Below are positions 1-10,023 of a stretch of DNA of 64,000 nt, piece after piece. The position numbers and the translations under genes were made by a program. The notes beneath the pieces are model-generated. The model saw only the letters and a list, made by a program, of their open reading frames with translations, was not told the origin of the DNA and did not search any database. Source of the stretch: Candidatus Limnocylindrales bacterium (GTDB taxonomy: Bacteria > Patescibacteriota > Microgenomatia > Levybacterales > UBA12049); the NCBI GenBank assembly GCA_035526025.1, contig DATLDE010000002.1:2340-66339 (forward strand), in the 5' to 3' direction. Each line of letters begins with the position of its first letter. The first letter of the stretch is position 1.

Positions 1-887
1 TACTCATCATTTTTTATATCTGTATCAATACTGTCTTTAAACACATCAGCGAGACTGATTAACCTGACAGGATTTAAGAATGTATTTGCTGAGAATATTT
101 TTTCTTTAAATGCATTAATAACTTTTTCCTGTCTTTTTGAACGGGCAAAATCAGATCCTTCACCGTCTTTCGCATGTCTTGACCTAACAAATTTTAAAGC
201 ACTTATTCCATCCATTTTTTGTAATCCTTTTGCAAATTGTAGTCTTTCATAACGACAAGGAAACGCTTCGTCTTCTGTAGCACTGCCAGTTGCAAGCTCA
301 GCTGAAAGAGAAGCAATCTTCTCCTCACTCAAACCACAACTATCATTCTCCTTACCAGTCAAGGGATATTGAGAATCATCCAGGGAATTATCTACCATAA
401 TCTCCAACCCCCCAACCATATCTATAGCCTTCACAAAGCCATCAAAATCCATCCTGAAAACATAATCTATTTCCTGACCCAAAAGTTTTTCTACGGAGGC
501 ACGTGACTCTAGAATTCCTCCCCCTTTTCGCTTTACTTCACCATGTGCATAGGCAAAATTTACTTTTTGCTGGAGCTCTGGCATCCATAAATCTCTTGGA
601 ATTGATACAAGTGTAACTTTTTTACTTGGTACATCAATGCTCGCAAAAATCATAGTGTCGGTTAGATCAGGTCCGTCATGCGTTCCTCCACCAATTCCTA
701 GCAACAAAATATTTACTCGCTTCTCATCAGTTGTTTTGAGATTAATATTTTTCTCAAAAAGGAGTTGAAATATTGCCGGAAAATATTGACCACCCTTTAC
801 AACAAAAATACCCGCTATTATCACGAAGAAAATAATAATAACCGCAAGAACTCTTTTTCGAATGGGTTGTTGCCCTCTATGATTCAT
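1..887 (-). CDS. LCP (LytR-CpsA-Psr) family cell-wall glycopolymer ligase, 3' end outside window
   Basis: Hand translation of minus strand from ATG at 887: N-terminal TM segment, then RVNILLLGIGGGTHDGPDLTDTMIFASID..VSIPRDLW, the LCP signature. Absent from the ORF track because it is truncated. Confidence 0.9.
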   Translation of the reverse strand, partial: MNHRGQQPIRKRVLAVIIIFFVIIAGIFVVKGGQYFPAIFQLLFEKNINLKTTDEKRVNILLLGIGGGTHDGPDLTDTMIFASIDVPSKKVTLVSIPRDLWMPELQQKVNFAYAHGEVKRKGGGILESRASVEKLLGQEIDYVFRMDFDGFVKAIDMVGGLEIMVDNSLDDSQYPLTGKENDSCGLSEEKIASLSAELATGSATEDEAFPCRYERLQFAKGLQKMDGISALKFVRSRHAKDGEGSDFARSKRQEKVINAFKEKIFSANTFLNPVRLISLADVFKDSIDTDIKNDE

Positions 888-919
888 ATAAATAAAGCTC
901 AAAAATATAATCCAGGGTA

Positions 920-1585
920 TTAAGAATTTTCAATAATCTTTAGAAACTTTTCAGCAGCAAGGCTCGCCCCACCAACCAAAACACCATCAATTGAGGATAA
1001 ATTCGTAAATCCAGCTACATTTTCCCCAAGCACACTACCTCCATACAAAACGTATTTAACAGCATTTTTTTCTTTTATAATCTTTGCAACGCTATCTGCG
1101 TCCTCAGGTGTATCTGGTGTACCTGTGCCAATTGCCGATACTGGTTCGTAGGCAACGATATCTACTCCTCCTGGAATAGGTGTTTCGGGTCCCTGAACAC
1201 AAAGTATAGGAGTAAGTCCCCCCTCAATTGCTTTCCCAACTTTCTTAGAAATAATTTCATCAGTCTCTGAAAAGTTTTTGCGCCTTTCTGAATGTCCGAT
1301 AATTACATAATCTGCAAACTCTTTAATTTGCTTGACATTTTCCTCACCAGTATATGCTCCTTCATCAAATGGGGATACATCCTGCGCTCCTATGGCAAAT
1401 GGGGTCTGACTTTTAGGACTTAACTCTTTTACAAGAGCAAGTAACGTAAATGGAGGACAGATAATAATTTCTTTCTCATCCTTGTTAATTGTTAGGTTTG
1501 AACTATTAAAAGTTTGAAACCAAACATTGGCTTCAGCAGTTGTCTCATTTGATTTCCAGTTGGCTACAATAAAAAGTTTTTTCAT
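920..1585 (-). CDS. tpiA: Triosephosphate isomerase
   Basis: ANWK, GAYTGE, IIGHSERR, AYEPV, LYGGSV, DGVLVGGASL motifs. Confidence 0.97.
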   Translation of the reverse strand: MKKLFIVANWKSNETTAEANVWFQTFNSSNLTINKDEKEIIICPPFTLLALVKELSPKSQTPFAIGAQDVSPFDEGAYTGEENVKQIKEFADYVIIGHSERRKNFSETDEIISKKVGKAIEGGLTPILCVQGPETPIPGGVDIVAYEPVSAIGTGTPDTPEDADSVAKIIKEKNAVKYVLYGGSVLGENVAGFTNLSSIDGVLVGGASLAAEKFLKIIENS

Positions 1586-1693
1586 ATTATTTAATTTTTA
1601 AATATTCTTTAATGGTGATGAAAGACATATGCTACAATCTATATTACTCCACATTTTGAGCGACATAACAAGACAACTAAAATATTATACTCT

Positions 1694-3559
1694 ATGAAAG
1701 ATCTACTACTCAAGGATTTAAATCCTGAACAGCAAAAAGCAGTTATCGCAACGGATGGACCGACAATTATTCTCGCAGGTGCCGGATCCGGTAAGACCCG
1801 CGTGCTTACATACAAGGTACTTTATCTGATGATAGAAAAGCACATAGAACCTGAATCAATTCTAATGATTACCTTCACCAACAAAGCTGCACAGGAAATG
1901 AAAGAAAGAATGAACAAAATGCTTGCGGGGCAAGAGCTAAAAGCAAATAGCCAAAAGCTGCCCTCGGGACGGCCCTGGATCGCAACATTTCATTCTATGT
2001 GTGCCAAAATCTTAAGAATTGACGGAAAGCATCTTGGCTTTTCGTCAAAATTTGCGATATATGATTCCCAAGACCAGCTTGATGTTTTAAAAACTGCTAT
2101 GGCCAAGCTGGATATATCCATCAGAGACTTTAAACCGGCATCTGTCCTATCAACAATTTCTCAAGCCAAAAACGAACTAATTACTGCGAATGAATATCTT
2201 AATTATGCCAGAGGTTATTTCCAGGAAACAGTCTCCAAAATATATCCAATGTATCAGGCAATTCTCAAAGAAAATGACGCTTTGGATTTTGATGATTTGA
2301 TTCTGTATACAATTAAATTGCTTCAGGAAAATGAACAAATCCTCAAAAAATATCAAGCTAGATTTGAATACGTTTTAGTAGATGAATATCAGGATACAAA
2401 TAGAGCACAATACATGCTGACCAAATTACTGACAGGAAAGTGGAAAAATATTTGTGTTGTTGGGGATTTCTCACAAAGCATTTATTCATGGCGGGGAGCT
2501 GATTATCGCAATCTCATGAAGTTTAAAGATGATTTTCCAGCGACCCAGACATTCTCCCTTTCTCAAAACTACCGCTCTACACAAAGAATTCTTGACGGTG
2601 CAAGTGCTGTTATATCCCGAAATACTTCGCATCCTGTACTTAAGCTCTGGACAGAAAATCCTGAAGGGTCAGATATAGAAATTTATGAAGCACAAAGCGA
2701 GCAGGATGAAGCAGATTATATAATCCAGACCGTAGTGCTCGGAAAAATAAAAAACTTAAGCGATGTGGCAGTGCTATACCGGACCAATGCCCAATCCCGT
2801 GTGATAGAGGAAGCTTTTCTACATCATGGAATTCCCTACGTTCTCATCGGTGGTACCAGATTTTATGCCAGAAAAGAAGTAAAAGATGTTCTTTCCTATC
2901 TGCGGGTGCAATGCAATCCAAAAGATATGGTTTCTTATAAAAGACTTGAAAAGCTTGGGAAAGGAAGACTTCAGAAATTCCTTGAATACCAAGGCGTGCT
3001 TTCTGAGATTGAAAATCTTAACACTATAGATATACTTGACGGAGTCTTGAAAGTCACAGGATACCTTGAGCTCTATGATGAAAAAATTGAGGAGGACAGA
3101 ATGCGACTTGAGAATATAAAAGAGCTCCGATCGGTTGCTATCAATTTCCCCGATCTCACAGATTTTCTTGAAAATGTATCTCTTGTTGAGCAGGAATACA
3201 ATTCGGAAAAACAAACAGATGGCGAAAAGAAAAATGCGATAACACTTATGACGCTTCACGCAGCAAAAGGCCTGGAATTTCCAATCATTTTTATGATTGG
3301 TATGGAAGAAGGGCTCTTCCCACATACTCGTTCACTTATGGACAAATCAGAGCTTGAAGAAGAACGCAGGCTTTGCTATGTGGGGATGACGAGAGCAAAA
3401 GACATACTCCATTTAACTTATGCCAAACGACGACTTTTTTTCGGGCAACGAACTGCAAATACAGTCTCGAGGTTTGTCCTGGAACTACCAGAACACGTTG
3501 TTTCACAAAACTTCGGATCAGTGAAAATTAATCTTGATATGAATGAGGATTTGTTCTAA
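1694..3559 (+). CDS. pcrA: ATP-dependent DNA helicase PcrA/UvrD
   Basis: AGAGSGKT, TFTNKAA, VDEYQDTN, VVGDxxQSIYSWRGA, TLHAAKGLEF, EERRLCYVGMTRA. Confidence 0.96.
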   Translation: MKDLLLKDLNPEQQKAVIATDGPTIILAGAGSGKTRVLTYKVLYLMIEKHIEPESILMITFTNKAAQEMKERMNKMLAGQELKANSQKLPSGRPWIATFHSMCAKILRIDGKHLGFSSKFAIYDSQDQLDVLKTAMAKLDISIRDFKPASVLSTISQAKNELITANEYLNYARGYFQETVSKIYPMYQAILKENDALDFDDLILYTIKLLQENEQILKKYQARFEYVLVDEYQDTNRAQYMLTKLLTGKWKNICVVGDFSQSIYSWRGADYRNLMKFKDDFPATQTFSLSQNYRSTQRILDGASAVISRNTSHPVLKLWTENPEGSDIEIYEAQSEQDEADYIIQTVVLGKIKNLSDVAVLYRTNAQSRVIEEAFLHHGIPYVLIGGTRFYARKEVKDVLSYLRVQCNPKDMVSYKRLEKLGKGRLQKFLEYQGVLSEIENLNTIDILDGVLKVTGYLELYDEKIEEDRMRLENIKELRSVAINFPDLTDFLENVSLVEQEYNSEKQTDGEKKNAITLMTLHAAKGLEFPIIFMIGMEEGLFPHTRSLMDKSELEEERRLCYVGMTRAKDILHLTYAKRRLFFGQRTANTVSRFVLELPEHVVSQNFGSVKINLDMNEDLF

Positions 3560-4419
3560 GTTATTTTTCGCTTAGCAAGCTTTTCAAAAACTACAACAGC
3601 TTCCTGAACCTCTAGGTCGAGTTTTTCTTTATGTTCGTCCCAAGATAATGGACGTTTAATTGGTAATCCTCTCAATGCTGCTTTCATTGCAGGTATATGA
3701 AATTTACCTACCACAACTGCTAATTTCCCAGGTAACTCAGTTGCCAATTCTGCGACTCGTGGTCCCATAACTTCAAAATCTCTAACTTCCCCTAGATATT
3801 TCATGATCTCATCGTCAGCTATTCTTGTATCTTCTATCATATTACGAGGGTCTTCACCTAGAATAGTTATTTCATATATTCTACTTTTTGCATTTTTATC
3901 TATTGCTTCAAATATATCATCCTCAGTGATGGGAGATGTTCGGGCTGCTTTAAATTTAATACGAGCTGCAAGATCTCTACCGTATTCTTCTAGCCCTTTT
4001 CCTTTTGGAAATTTTTGCCTCATAAATCTATCAACAACCTCATTAATAGAACCAGAATCCATAAAAGACATAAAAACCCTTGGATCCATACCGTATTGTT
4101 CGGCAAGCGAACGAAAATCTGCACCTTGCTCTAACCAATGAACATTCTCCCTCATATTTCTATAATTGAAGACTGAAACCGCAAGTGCTTCATAATTTTG
4201 TGGGTTTCGGGTGTTCATCGTTCCCAACATATCTGTATCTCCTTCCATCAAGAGATGATCAGTCATTTTAAAATTATCTTTTAATTGCTGCATACGGAAT
4301 CCTCCTGGGAGCTTTGCGTCATGATGCACACCAAAAATTGTGGCTCGTCCAATCTGAACGACAATTGCTTCTTTTGATTTTTTTACTGGCGGATCTCCGT
4401 GTCTTCTTTCTGCAGACAT
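3556..4419 (-). CDS. Hypothetical protein
   Basis: 287-aa ORF with TATAAT 6 nt before the ATG. The GVHH near the N-terminus and VVGKFH near the C-terminus faintly recall TraB/TIKI-like folds (weak). Confidence 0.65.
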   Translation of the reverse strand: MSAERRHGDPPVKKSKEAIVVQIGRATIFGVHHDAKLPGGFRMQQLKDNFKMTDHLLMEGDTDMLGTMNTRNPQNYEALAVSVFNYRNMRENVHWLEQGADFRSLAEQYGMDPRVFMSFMDSGSINEVVDRFMRQKFPKGKGLEEYGRDLAARIKFKAARTSPITEDDIFEAIDKNAKSRIYEITILGEDPRNMIEDTRIADDEIMKYLGEVRDFEVMGPRVAELATELPGKLAVVVGKFHIPAMKAALRGLPIKRPLSWDEHKEKLDLEVQEAVVVFEKLAKRKIT

Positions 4420-4471
4420 GTGCGGATTATACTATAAGATTTCTCATTATTCAAGTTCTGGGAAATTAGGA

Positions 4472-4936
4472 TTAAATACTTTTCCCTTTGAGGATATTTT
4501 GAATTGTTTCTATCACCTGAGGATCTATAGCAGATCCTGCAAGCAGTCTTGGATCAACACTTCCCTCAAGGCAACTCTGGGTGAGACACATCGCTATCTC
4601 TCCATAACCTCTTCCAACAGGACTATTATGATAATAAAACTTATAACTATGTATCATACTGCTATCTGTAATAATATCAATTGAATCTAAAAGAGTGTCT
4701 TGATTTGAGTAAACATCAATTTTTTTAAATTTTGAGAGTCTTGCAACAGCCTCGTAATCTTTGGTGATTACTATTTTCCCATCATTAACTGAAATTTCAG
4801 TCCTCTCAACCGAATCTTGACTATCACGATAAACTTTTATTTTCCCATCTGCCATAACCTTTTTAAGTATGGTTGCTTTGTGATCCCCAGCTGAACCGAA
4901 GCGTTTGGAATTGGGATTTCTATAGTCAAAAGCCAT
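4472..4936 (-). CDS. Hypothetical protein
   Basis: ORF track 4472..5047. Likely start is MAFDYRN at 4936, which avoids overlap with the + strand gene. Confidence 0.55.
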   Translation of the reverse strand: MAFDYRNPNSKRFGSAGDHKATILKKVMADGKIKVYRDSQDSVERTEISVNDGKIVITKDYEAVARLSKFKKIDVYSNQDTLLDSIDIITDSSMIHSYKFYYHNSPVGRGYGEIAMCLTQSCLEGSVDPRLLAGSAIDPQVIETIQNILKGKSI

Positions 4937-5011
4937 ATGCTTATAATATCTTTCTACAATAAATTTAGCAATATTATTTTCTAGTTGCAATATTTCTGAT
5001 AATATAAATAT

Positions 5012-5338
5012 ATGGCGGAAACAGATACCATAGAAGTTGATACACAAAATCTAGGTAAATTAATTGACCACCTCCCAACAGAAACCCATGTTAAAGAAGA
5101 AATAACTCCTAAATCGCTAGAATTAACAGAAGCTGAGCAAGGTAAGAAAGATGAAATGCTTAAAAAATTGGACAGGATCAAACAACAACTTGCTGAAGCA
5201 AGTGAGCGCACTAACACAGTTGACGATAAACGCACTTTGGAAGAATTAAGAGCTGAAACCGAACGAGCTAAAGAGATGGAAACACCTACTATGGATTCGC
5301 TTATTGCTGATCGTTACAAAAAGAACAACCTAACTTAA
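5012..5338 (+). CDS. Hypothetical charged coiled-coil protein
   Basis: 108-aa E/K-rich ORF filling the gap between genes. Confidence 0.6.
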   Translation: MAETDTIEVDTQNLGKLIDHLPTETHVKEEITPKSLELTEAEQGKKDEMLKKLDRIKQQLAEASERTNTVDDKRTLEELRAETERAKEMETPTMDSLIADRYKKNNLT

Positions 5339-5383
5339 GGTTTGTATAAAAGTGAGATCTGATGAGATTATAATAATTTAAAC

Positions 5384-7126
5384 TCAATTCTTCCCTTGCT
5401 GCTGATACATTTTAATTAATTCTTCAACCGTTGTTGCGTCTTCTGCCTTTTTATCTTTGTCACGAAAGTTTACTAATCGAGGAAACCTGAGAGCATACCC
5501 GGGATCTTTCACTCCTTCACTGATCTTAATACCTGCAGTATGCAAAGGGCTTCTTGTAATCTCATCAGCCAGAACTTCTATAACAATTTCAGGTCTTACC
5601 CAGACACTCGGCTCAATAAGTGAATTGGTCCTCGCAGGCTTGTGGGTGAGCTCCATACCCTTTGTCTTTTCTTTTATACTTATCCACTCCTCATCCGTTA
5701 AGCCTGTTCCGATCTTACTGACTGTTACAAATTCATCAGCGTCTTTGTCATACACTCCCACCAAAAGTGCTCCGGCACCAAATGCAGTTCTTTTACCTTT
5801 GCCAAAAATATACCCTAAAATCACGCAATCAATTGTGTCCTGAAGCTCACCTGATGAATGCCTTTTCAACTTCACCCAATTAAAGTTACGTCCTCCAGCA
5901 ACGTAAAGAGAATCGATCTTTTTGACTACAACTCCTTCAAGTCCTTTTGAAATACTATCATCAAGCATTAGCTGAAGGTCTTTTGGATCTGTGAGTATTT
6001 CACCAGGTGCTGGAAGAAGAGTTTCTCCTTTCTCAACTGTTTTGGCCAATATTTTCATCCGTTCGTGGAGCGGCGTATCAATAAGAGATTTACCATCTGC
6101 ATAGAGAATATCGAAAACAAATGCTCGCAAAGGAAGGCTCTGTGCCATTGCTTCAATTCCATGCTTTCTGCGCCTCTTGGTCGTCTCCTGAAAAGGCAAA
6201 AATTCTTCTGACTCCGGTTGATATGCAAGTGCTTCAGTATCTAGAATTGCTGTTTTTACTTTTATTTGTTGCAAAGCTCCTTCGATCAATTCTGGGAACA
6301 TATGTGTCATGTCCTCGAGATTTCTTGAAAACATAGAGATCTTGTTACCATTTTTATGGATCTGAACCCTAAATCCGTCATACTTAGGAGTTGCATGGAT
6401 TCTATCCCCCATTTTACTAAATACTTTTTCGGGATTTGGAAGTCTCTCACATAGCTCTGAACGTATTGGACGACCAACAGTGACTGTGAGTTTTTGAACA
6501 CTTGCCAAGCCTGAAACCATAAGGGTTTTTCCAATTAAACCAAGATCTGATGTTTCGTTATACGCTTTTTCCAACAATTTACGGTTCGCCCTATCTCCTA
6601 GTATCCCCTTCGCCAGACTGTCCAAGATCGTCGGGTCGCCTATCCCAAGTCGTGTTTTACCAAGAGGTACTCTTACCAGATGCTTGGCCGAAATAGGATC
6701 TACTTTTTTCAATAAATCAGAAAGCAAAACTATTCTTTTTTCAACAGTACCAGCTCCTGATGTATTTGCGATTTCAGTCAGTATTTTAAAAACGTCCTCA
6801 ACTGTCTTTGAACTTTTAACTTTTAACTTTGAACTTAGCTCTTGCGCAACCAATCCTATATCCCCGGCCTTACTATACATTTTCAGGACATTTTCTTTTG
6901 TTTCACCAAATGCCCGCCCAAGTGCATCAGCTACAGTCTTATCAGCCATACCTATCTCAACCGGCGCAAAAAATGGGGCGATTCTTCCTTGTGTTAGATA
7001 AATTATCCTGTCGATTTCTTCTTTGTCTGTATGCTTAAAAAGATCTGAAAGAATATCGATCAGAATTAAACGGGAAGATGTTTCTTCTAATTTCTCAAAA
7101 TATTCTGCAAGTTTGGAAAATTTCAT
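5384..7126 (-). CDS. lig: ATP-dependent DNA ligase (archaeal/LigI-like, with DNA-binding domain)
   Basis: KYDGFRVQIHK adenylation motif, EGVVVK, WVKLK, KIGTGLTD, ALRFPR. Confidence 0.95.
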   Translation of the reverse strand: MKFSKLAEYFEKLEETSSRLILIDILSDLFKHTDKEEIDRIIYLTQGRIAPFFAPVEIGMADKTVADALGRAFGETKENVLKMYSKAGDIGLVAQELSSKLKVKSSKTVEDVFKILTEIANTSGAGTVEKRIVLLSDLLKKVDPISAKHLVRVPLGKTRLGIGDPTILDSLAKGILGDRANRKLLEKAYNETSDLGLIGKTLMVSGLASVQKLTVTVGRPIRSELCERLPNPEKVFSKMGDRIHATPKYDGFRVQIHKNGNKISMFSRNLEDMTHMFPELIEGALQQIKVKTAILDTEALAYQPESEEFLPFQETTKRRRKHGIEAMAQSLPLRAFVFDILYADGKSLIDTPLHERMKILAKTVEKGETLLPAPGEILTDPKDLQLMLDDSISKGLEGVVVKKIDSLYVAGGRNFNWVKLKRHSSGELQDTIDCVILGYIFGKGKRTAFGAGALLVGVYDKDADEFVTVSKIGTGLTDEEWISIKEKTKGMELTHKPARTNSLIEPSVWVRPEIVIEVLADEITRSPLHTAGIKISEGVKDPGYALRFPRLVNFRDKDKKAEDATTVEELIKMYQQQGKN

Positions 7127-7128
7127 AG

Positions 7129-7623
7129 CTATCCTATTTCAGGACCTCCACCTGAATCTTCATGCTTAATTATCCCCTCTCTCAAGTTAAGTTCTGCGCG
7201 ATCTATTTTCAAAAAAGTCAACGCTTTATCAGTTACATCCCTCTCTTGTTCAAGCACTCCTTTATCAGGATCCCATCTAGAACCGATTACAATAGCTGGA
7301 TCGTCAATGGAATTACCAGTTTCGGGATCTATATCAGATATTTTTACCAATGCAATTTCCCCTTCTCCTACACCTAACTCCTCCCTTGCCTTTGGACCAT
7401 CATATATAACAGCTTGATAATATCGCCGTTCAGCCCTTTCTGCGCGAATCGCTTCCCCATACTCTCTTGAAATCTTTCCATTTTCAAGTCTAGATAACAC
7501 TCCCTGCGGAATAGACCATTGCTCTTTATTCCAAGGAACCATCATAGGAGTTCCACCGATCAATACCTGTTCAGTAGGCGTAAGCATATCTTCATCTCTT
7601 ATTTGTATATGTGGTTTATTCAT
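7129..7623 (-). CDS. Hypothetical protein
   Basis: 164-aa ORF packed 1-2 nt from its neighbours (Fic and ligase). Confidence 0.6.
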   Translation of the reverse strand: MNKPHIQIRDEDMLTPTEQVLIGGTPMMVPWNKEQWSIPQGVLSRLENGKISREYGEAIRAERAERRYYQAVIYDGPKAREELGVGEGEIALVKISDIDPETGNSIDDPAIVIGSRWDPDKGVLEQERDVTDKALTFLKIDRAELNLREGIIKHEDSGGGPEIG

Positions 7624-7624
7624 A

Positions 7625-8677
7625 TTATTTATTTGCCATTATGTATTTGGCTCCCTTCGTCTTTCCTGACTTTTTTATAATTCCGGCTTTTAAGAGGACC
7701 TTAATTTCATTAAGCACAGTATCTTCTGAAACCATTGGGAAAAGCTGTTGAAATGCCTGATTCTGAAGATATCCTGTTTTTTGGATATATTCCATGATTT
7801 TAAGCTGCCTGTCAGATAAAAGTAAAGGAGTTCCTCCGAGTCGCTCTTTCAGTGTCGCGTCAACTGATATTCTTTCAATTTTATCTTTAATTTTTGATAG
7901 CTCGATTGCCAATCCCTGTGTAAAATACTCAAGCCATGTTGTCAGATCACCTTCTGCTTTACCGACACTTTGGAGAGCTTCATAGTATGAAGCAGAGTCA
8001 TTATCAAAATATTCCTCAAGCGAAAAAAACTTTCTGATATCATATCCTTCTTGGAATAAGATATATGTAGACAAAGCCCGCGATACACGCCCATTGCCAT
8101 CTACAAATGGATGAATCCGGACTAGCTCATAATGAATTGTTCCAGATTTCAGAACAGGATGCATATCTCCTGAATTATTTATAAATTCCAAAAGTTCTGA
8201 GATTTGAATCGGTACAGCTATCGGAAGAGGTGGACGAAAAGTTACTTCACCAGTCAGGCTATTTTTTACAACTACCTGAGTACTTCGATATACACCTACC
8301 CTAGTGGTCTCTAGAATTTTCTCAACCGTCAACTTATGAAGCTCTAGAATAAACTTTTCGTCGATAGCCAATTGTGAATCACTGCCTGTAAGCTGCCCAA
8401 TCCTATCCATAACTCTTCTATAATTAATTACCTCCTGAATATCACGCTCTCTTGCAGCAACCACTTCTCCCATCATAACTTTCTCGGCCTGATTAAGATT
8501 CAGTTCATTTCCCTCTATGTGTGTTCCGTGATGAACAGCTCGTGCAAGTGCATCTTTCTGAAATTCTCTTTCATAAAATGGAAGCAGAGGTGCATGATCG
8601 ATAACTTCACGGGAGGCCTCGATAATCCCGATATTTTTGAGGATCTTATTTGTAATACTGTATTTAGGAGTATACAT
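7625..8677 (-). CDS. Fic family protein with C-terminal winged-HTH
   Basis: HPFVDGNGRVSR Fic motif; N-terminal THIEGN resembling the inhibitory helix; C-terminal GKTKGAKY wing. Confidence 0.92.
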   Translation of the reverse strand: MYTPKYSITNKILKNIGIIEASREVIDHAPLLPFYEREFQKDALARAVHHGTHIEGNELNLNQAEKVMMGEVVAARERDIQEVINYRRVMDRIGQLTGSDSQLAIDEKFILELHKLTVEKILETTRVGVYRSTQVVVKNSLTGEVTFRPPLPIAVPIQISELLEFINNSGDMHPVLKSGTIHYELVRIHPFVDGNGRVSRALSTYILFQEGYDIRKFFSLEEYFDNDSASYYEALQSVGKAEGDLTTWLEYFTQGLAIELSKIKDKIERISVDATLKERLGGTPLLLSDRQLKIMEYIQKTGYLQNQAFQQLFPMVSEDTVLNEIKVLLKAGIIKKSGKTKGAKYIMANK

Positions 8678-8688
8678 AAAGAGGAAAT

Positions 8689-8750
8689 AAGATTAAAGAT
8701 TCAGGATTAAAGAATTCTTAAATCTTACTTCGTTAATCTTAAATCTGAAT
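8689..8750. repeat. Inverted array of degenerate 7-nt repeats centred on GAATTC
   Basis: AAGATTA AAGATTC AGGATTA AAGAATT | CTTAAAT CTTACTT CGTTAAT CTTAAAT. Confidence 0.8.
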
Positions 8751-8830
8751 AATTATTGCATATTTCCCGAATTTTGGCAATCCTCGTTTCTTGAATTGAG
8801 ACATAAATTATGTTATAGTCACCAACAAAT

Positions 8831-9199
8831 ATGACGATTGAGGTTGAATTGCTAGAAGACATAGACGAAAACAGCCTAAGTATGCCTGGACAATCACCAG
8901 TAGTAATAGAGTACAGAGCAAATAAAAGATTTGTGACCGTTCCAGATGATACTAAGTTAAAATTTAGAAGTCTTTTCCATAGAAAAAAATTCAAAGTGGT
9001 TGACCAATCTTCAGAGAGACCACAGGCAGCGGTTTACGGTGAAGGAACCGAATACCCAATTTATGTGGGGAGTAAGACCAAAGACCATAACTTCGGCGGA
9101 CCGGGAAGAGTCATTCCTAACGTAGCAAGAATTATGTATAAAGGCAAAGAAAAAAGAAAAGCGGAAATGACTAGTAGAGGCAGAAGGAATAGAATTTAA
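8831..9199 (+). CDS. Hypothetical protein
   Basis: 122-aa ORF. Confidence 0.55.
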   Translation: MTIEVELLEDIDENSLSMPGQSPVVIEYRANKRFVTVPDDTKLKFRSLFHRKKFKVVDQSSERPQAAVYGEGTEYPIYVGSKTKDHNFGGPGRVIPNVARIMYKGKEKRKAEMTSRGRRNRI

Positions 9200-10017
9200 G
9201 ATTTTTGCAGAACTTCCATAACAATTGGAATTTCCTCTGCCAAATCACTTGCATTAAAATTATAGCCAACTTTTCCATACAAGCTTTCCCCGGCTTTTTT
9301 ATTGATGTAGGACCCGACAAGTGCAGCAAGAAATAAATCATTTTTACATGCAAGTGCTGCAACTAGTCCCGCTAACACGTCCCCTGTTCCACCTTTTGTC
9401 ATACCCGCATTACCTCCCACTATCTCAACGCATTCTTCAGGATTACATACAATATCGCTCTCACCTTTTAACAGAATTATTATTCCGTACTTTTTTGCCA
9501 TATTTTCTGCGTTTTCAGGATTTGGCTCCATACCAAAAAGAGTTTCAAATTCTTTTCTGTGTGGTGTGATAATTGAATTTTTGGGAATAATCTCAGGATT
9601 TATTACCTGCAGACTCCCCCCATCAATTACCCATTTTTTGTCCGGATATTTTATAAATAACTTTTCAGTTAGCTCTTTTGTATGATCATCCCCCTCTTCA
9701 TGTCCGTCTGGACGTGGTAATCCAGGCCCGATTAAAATACAGTCTGCTTCAGCTGCATAATCATCAATTTTTCCTCGTGGCACTACTATCCCATTTCGAA
9801 ATTCTTCTTTTGCTTTTTGGACTATTTCATTATTTTCAGGAACGGATGAATAAAAAACCATATCCACAAATTTTGATGCAATAGTTAAGGCCCAAAGACT
9901 CGCTGCATGAAAAAGGTGAGATCCACCAATCAGCATCAACTTACCATTTTCACCTTTATGTGAATCTGACGGTGGCGCATATAAATTTTTCAGAGCTTTT
10001 GGATCAAATTCTTTCAT
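9196..10017 (-). CDS. nnrD: NAD(P)H-hydrate dehydratase (YjeF C-terminal domain)
   Basis: SHKGENG..IGGS, IGPGL, ITPHxxEF, GMTKGGTGDVLAG. Confidence 0.92.
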   Translation of the reverse strand: MKEFDPKALKNLYAPPSDSHKGENGKLMLIGGSHLFHAASLWALTIASKFVDMVFYSSVPENNEIVQKAKEEFRNGIVVPRGKIDDYAAEADCILIGPGLPRPDGHEEGDDHTKELTEKLFIKYPDKKWVIDGGSLQVINPEIIPKNSIITPHRKEFETLFGMEPNPENAENMAKKYGIIILLKGESDIVCNPEECVEIVGGNAGMTKGGTGDVLAGLVAALACKNDLFLAALVGSYINKKAGESLYGKVGYNFNASDLAEEIPIVMEVLQKS

Positions 10018-10023
10018 AAAATT

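Noticed and set aside
1482-8400. Weak heptamer-like stretches in tpiA (1482-1509) and fic (about 8362-8400)
   Set aside because: Too degenerate to separate from chance by eye; not counted among the arrays.
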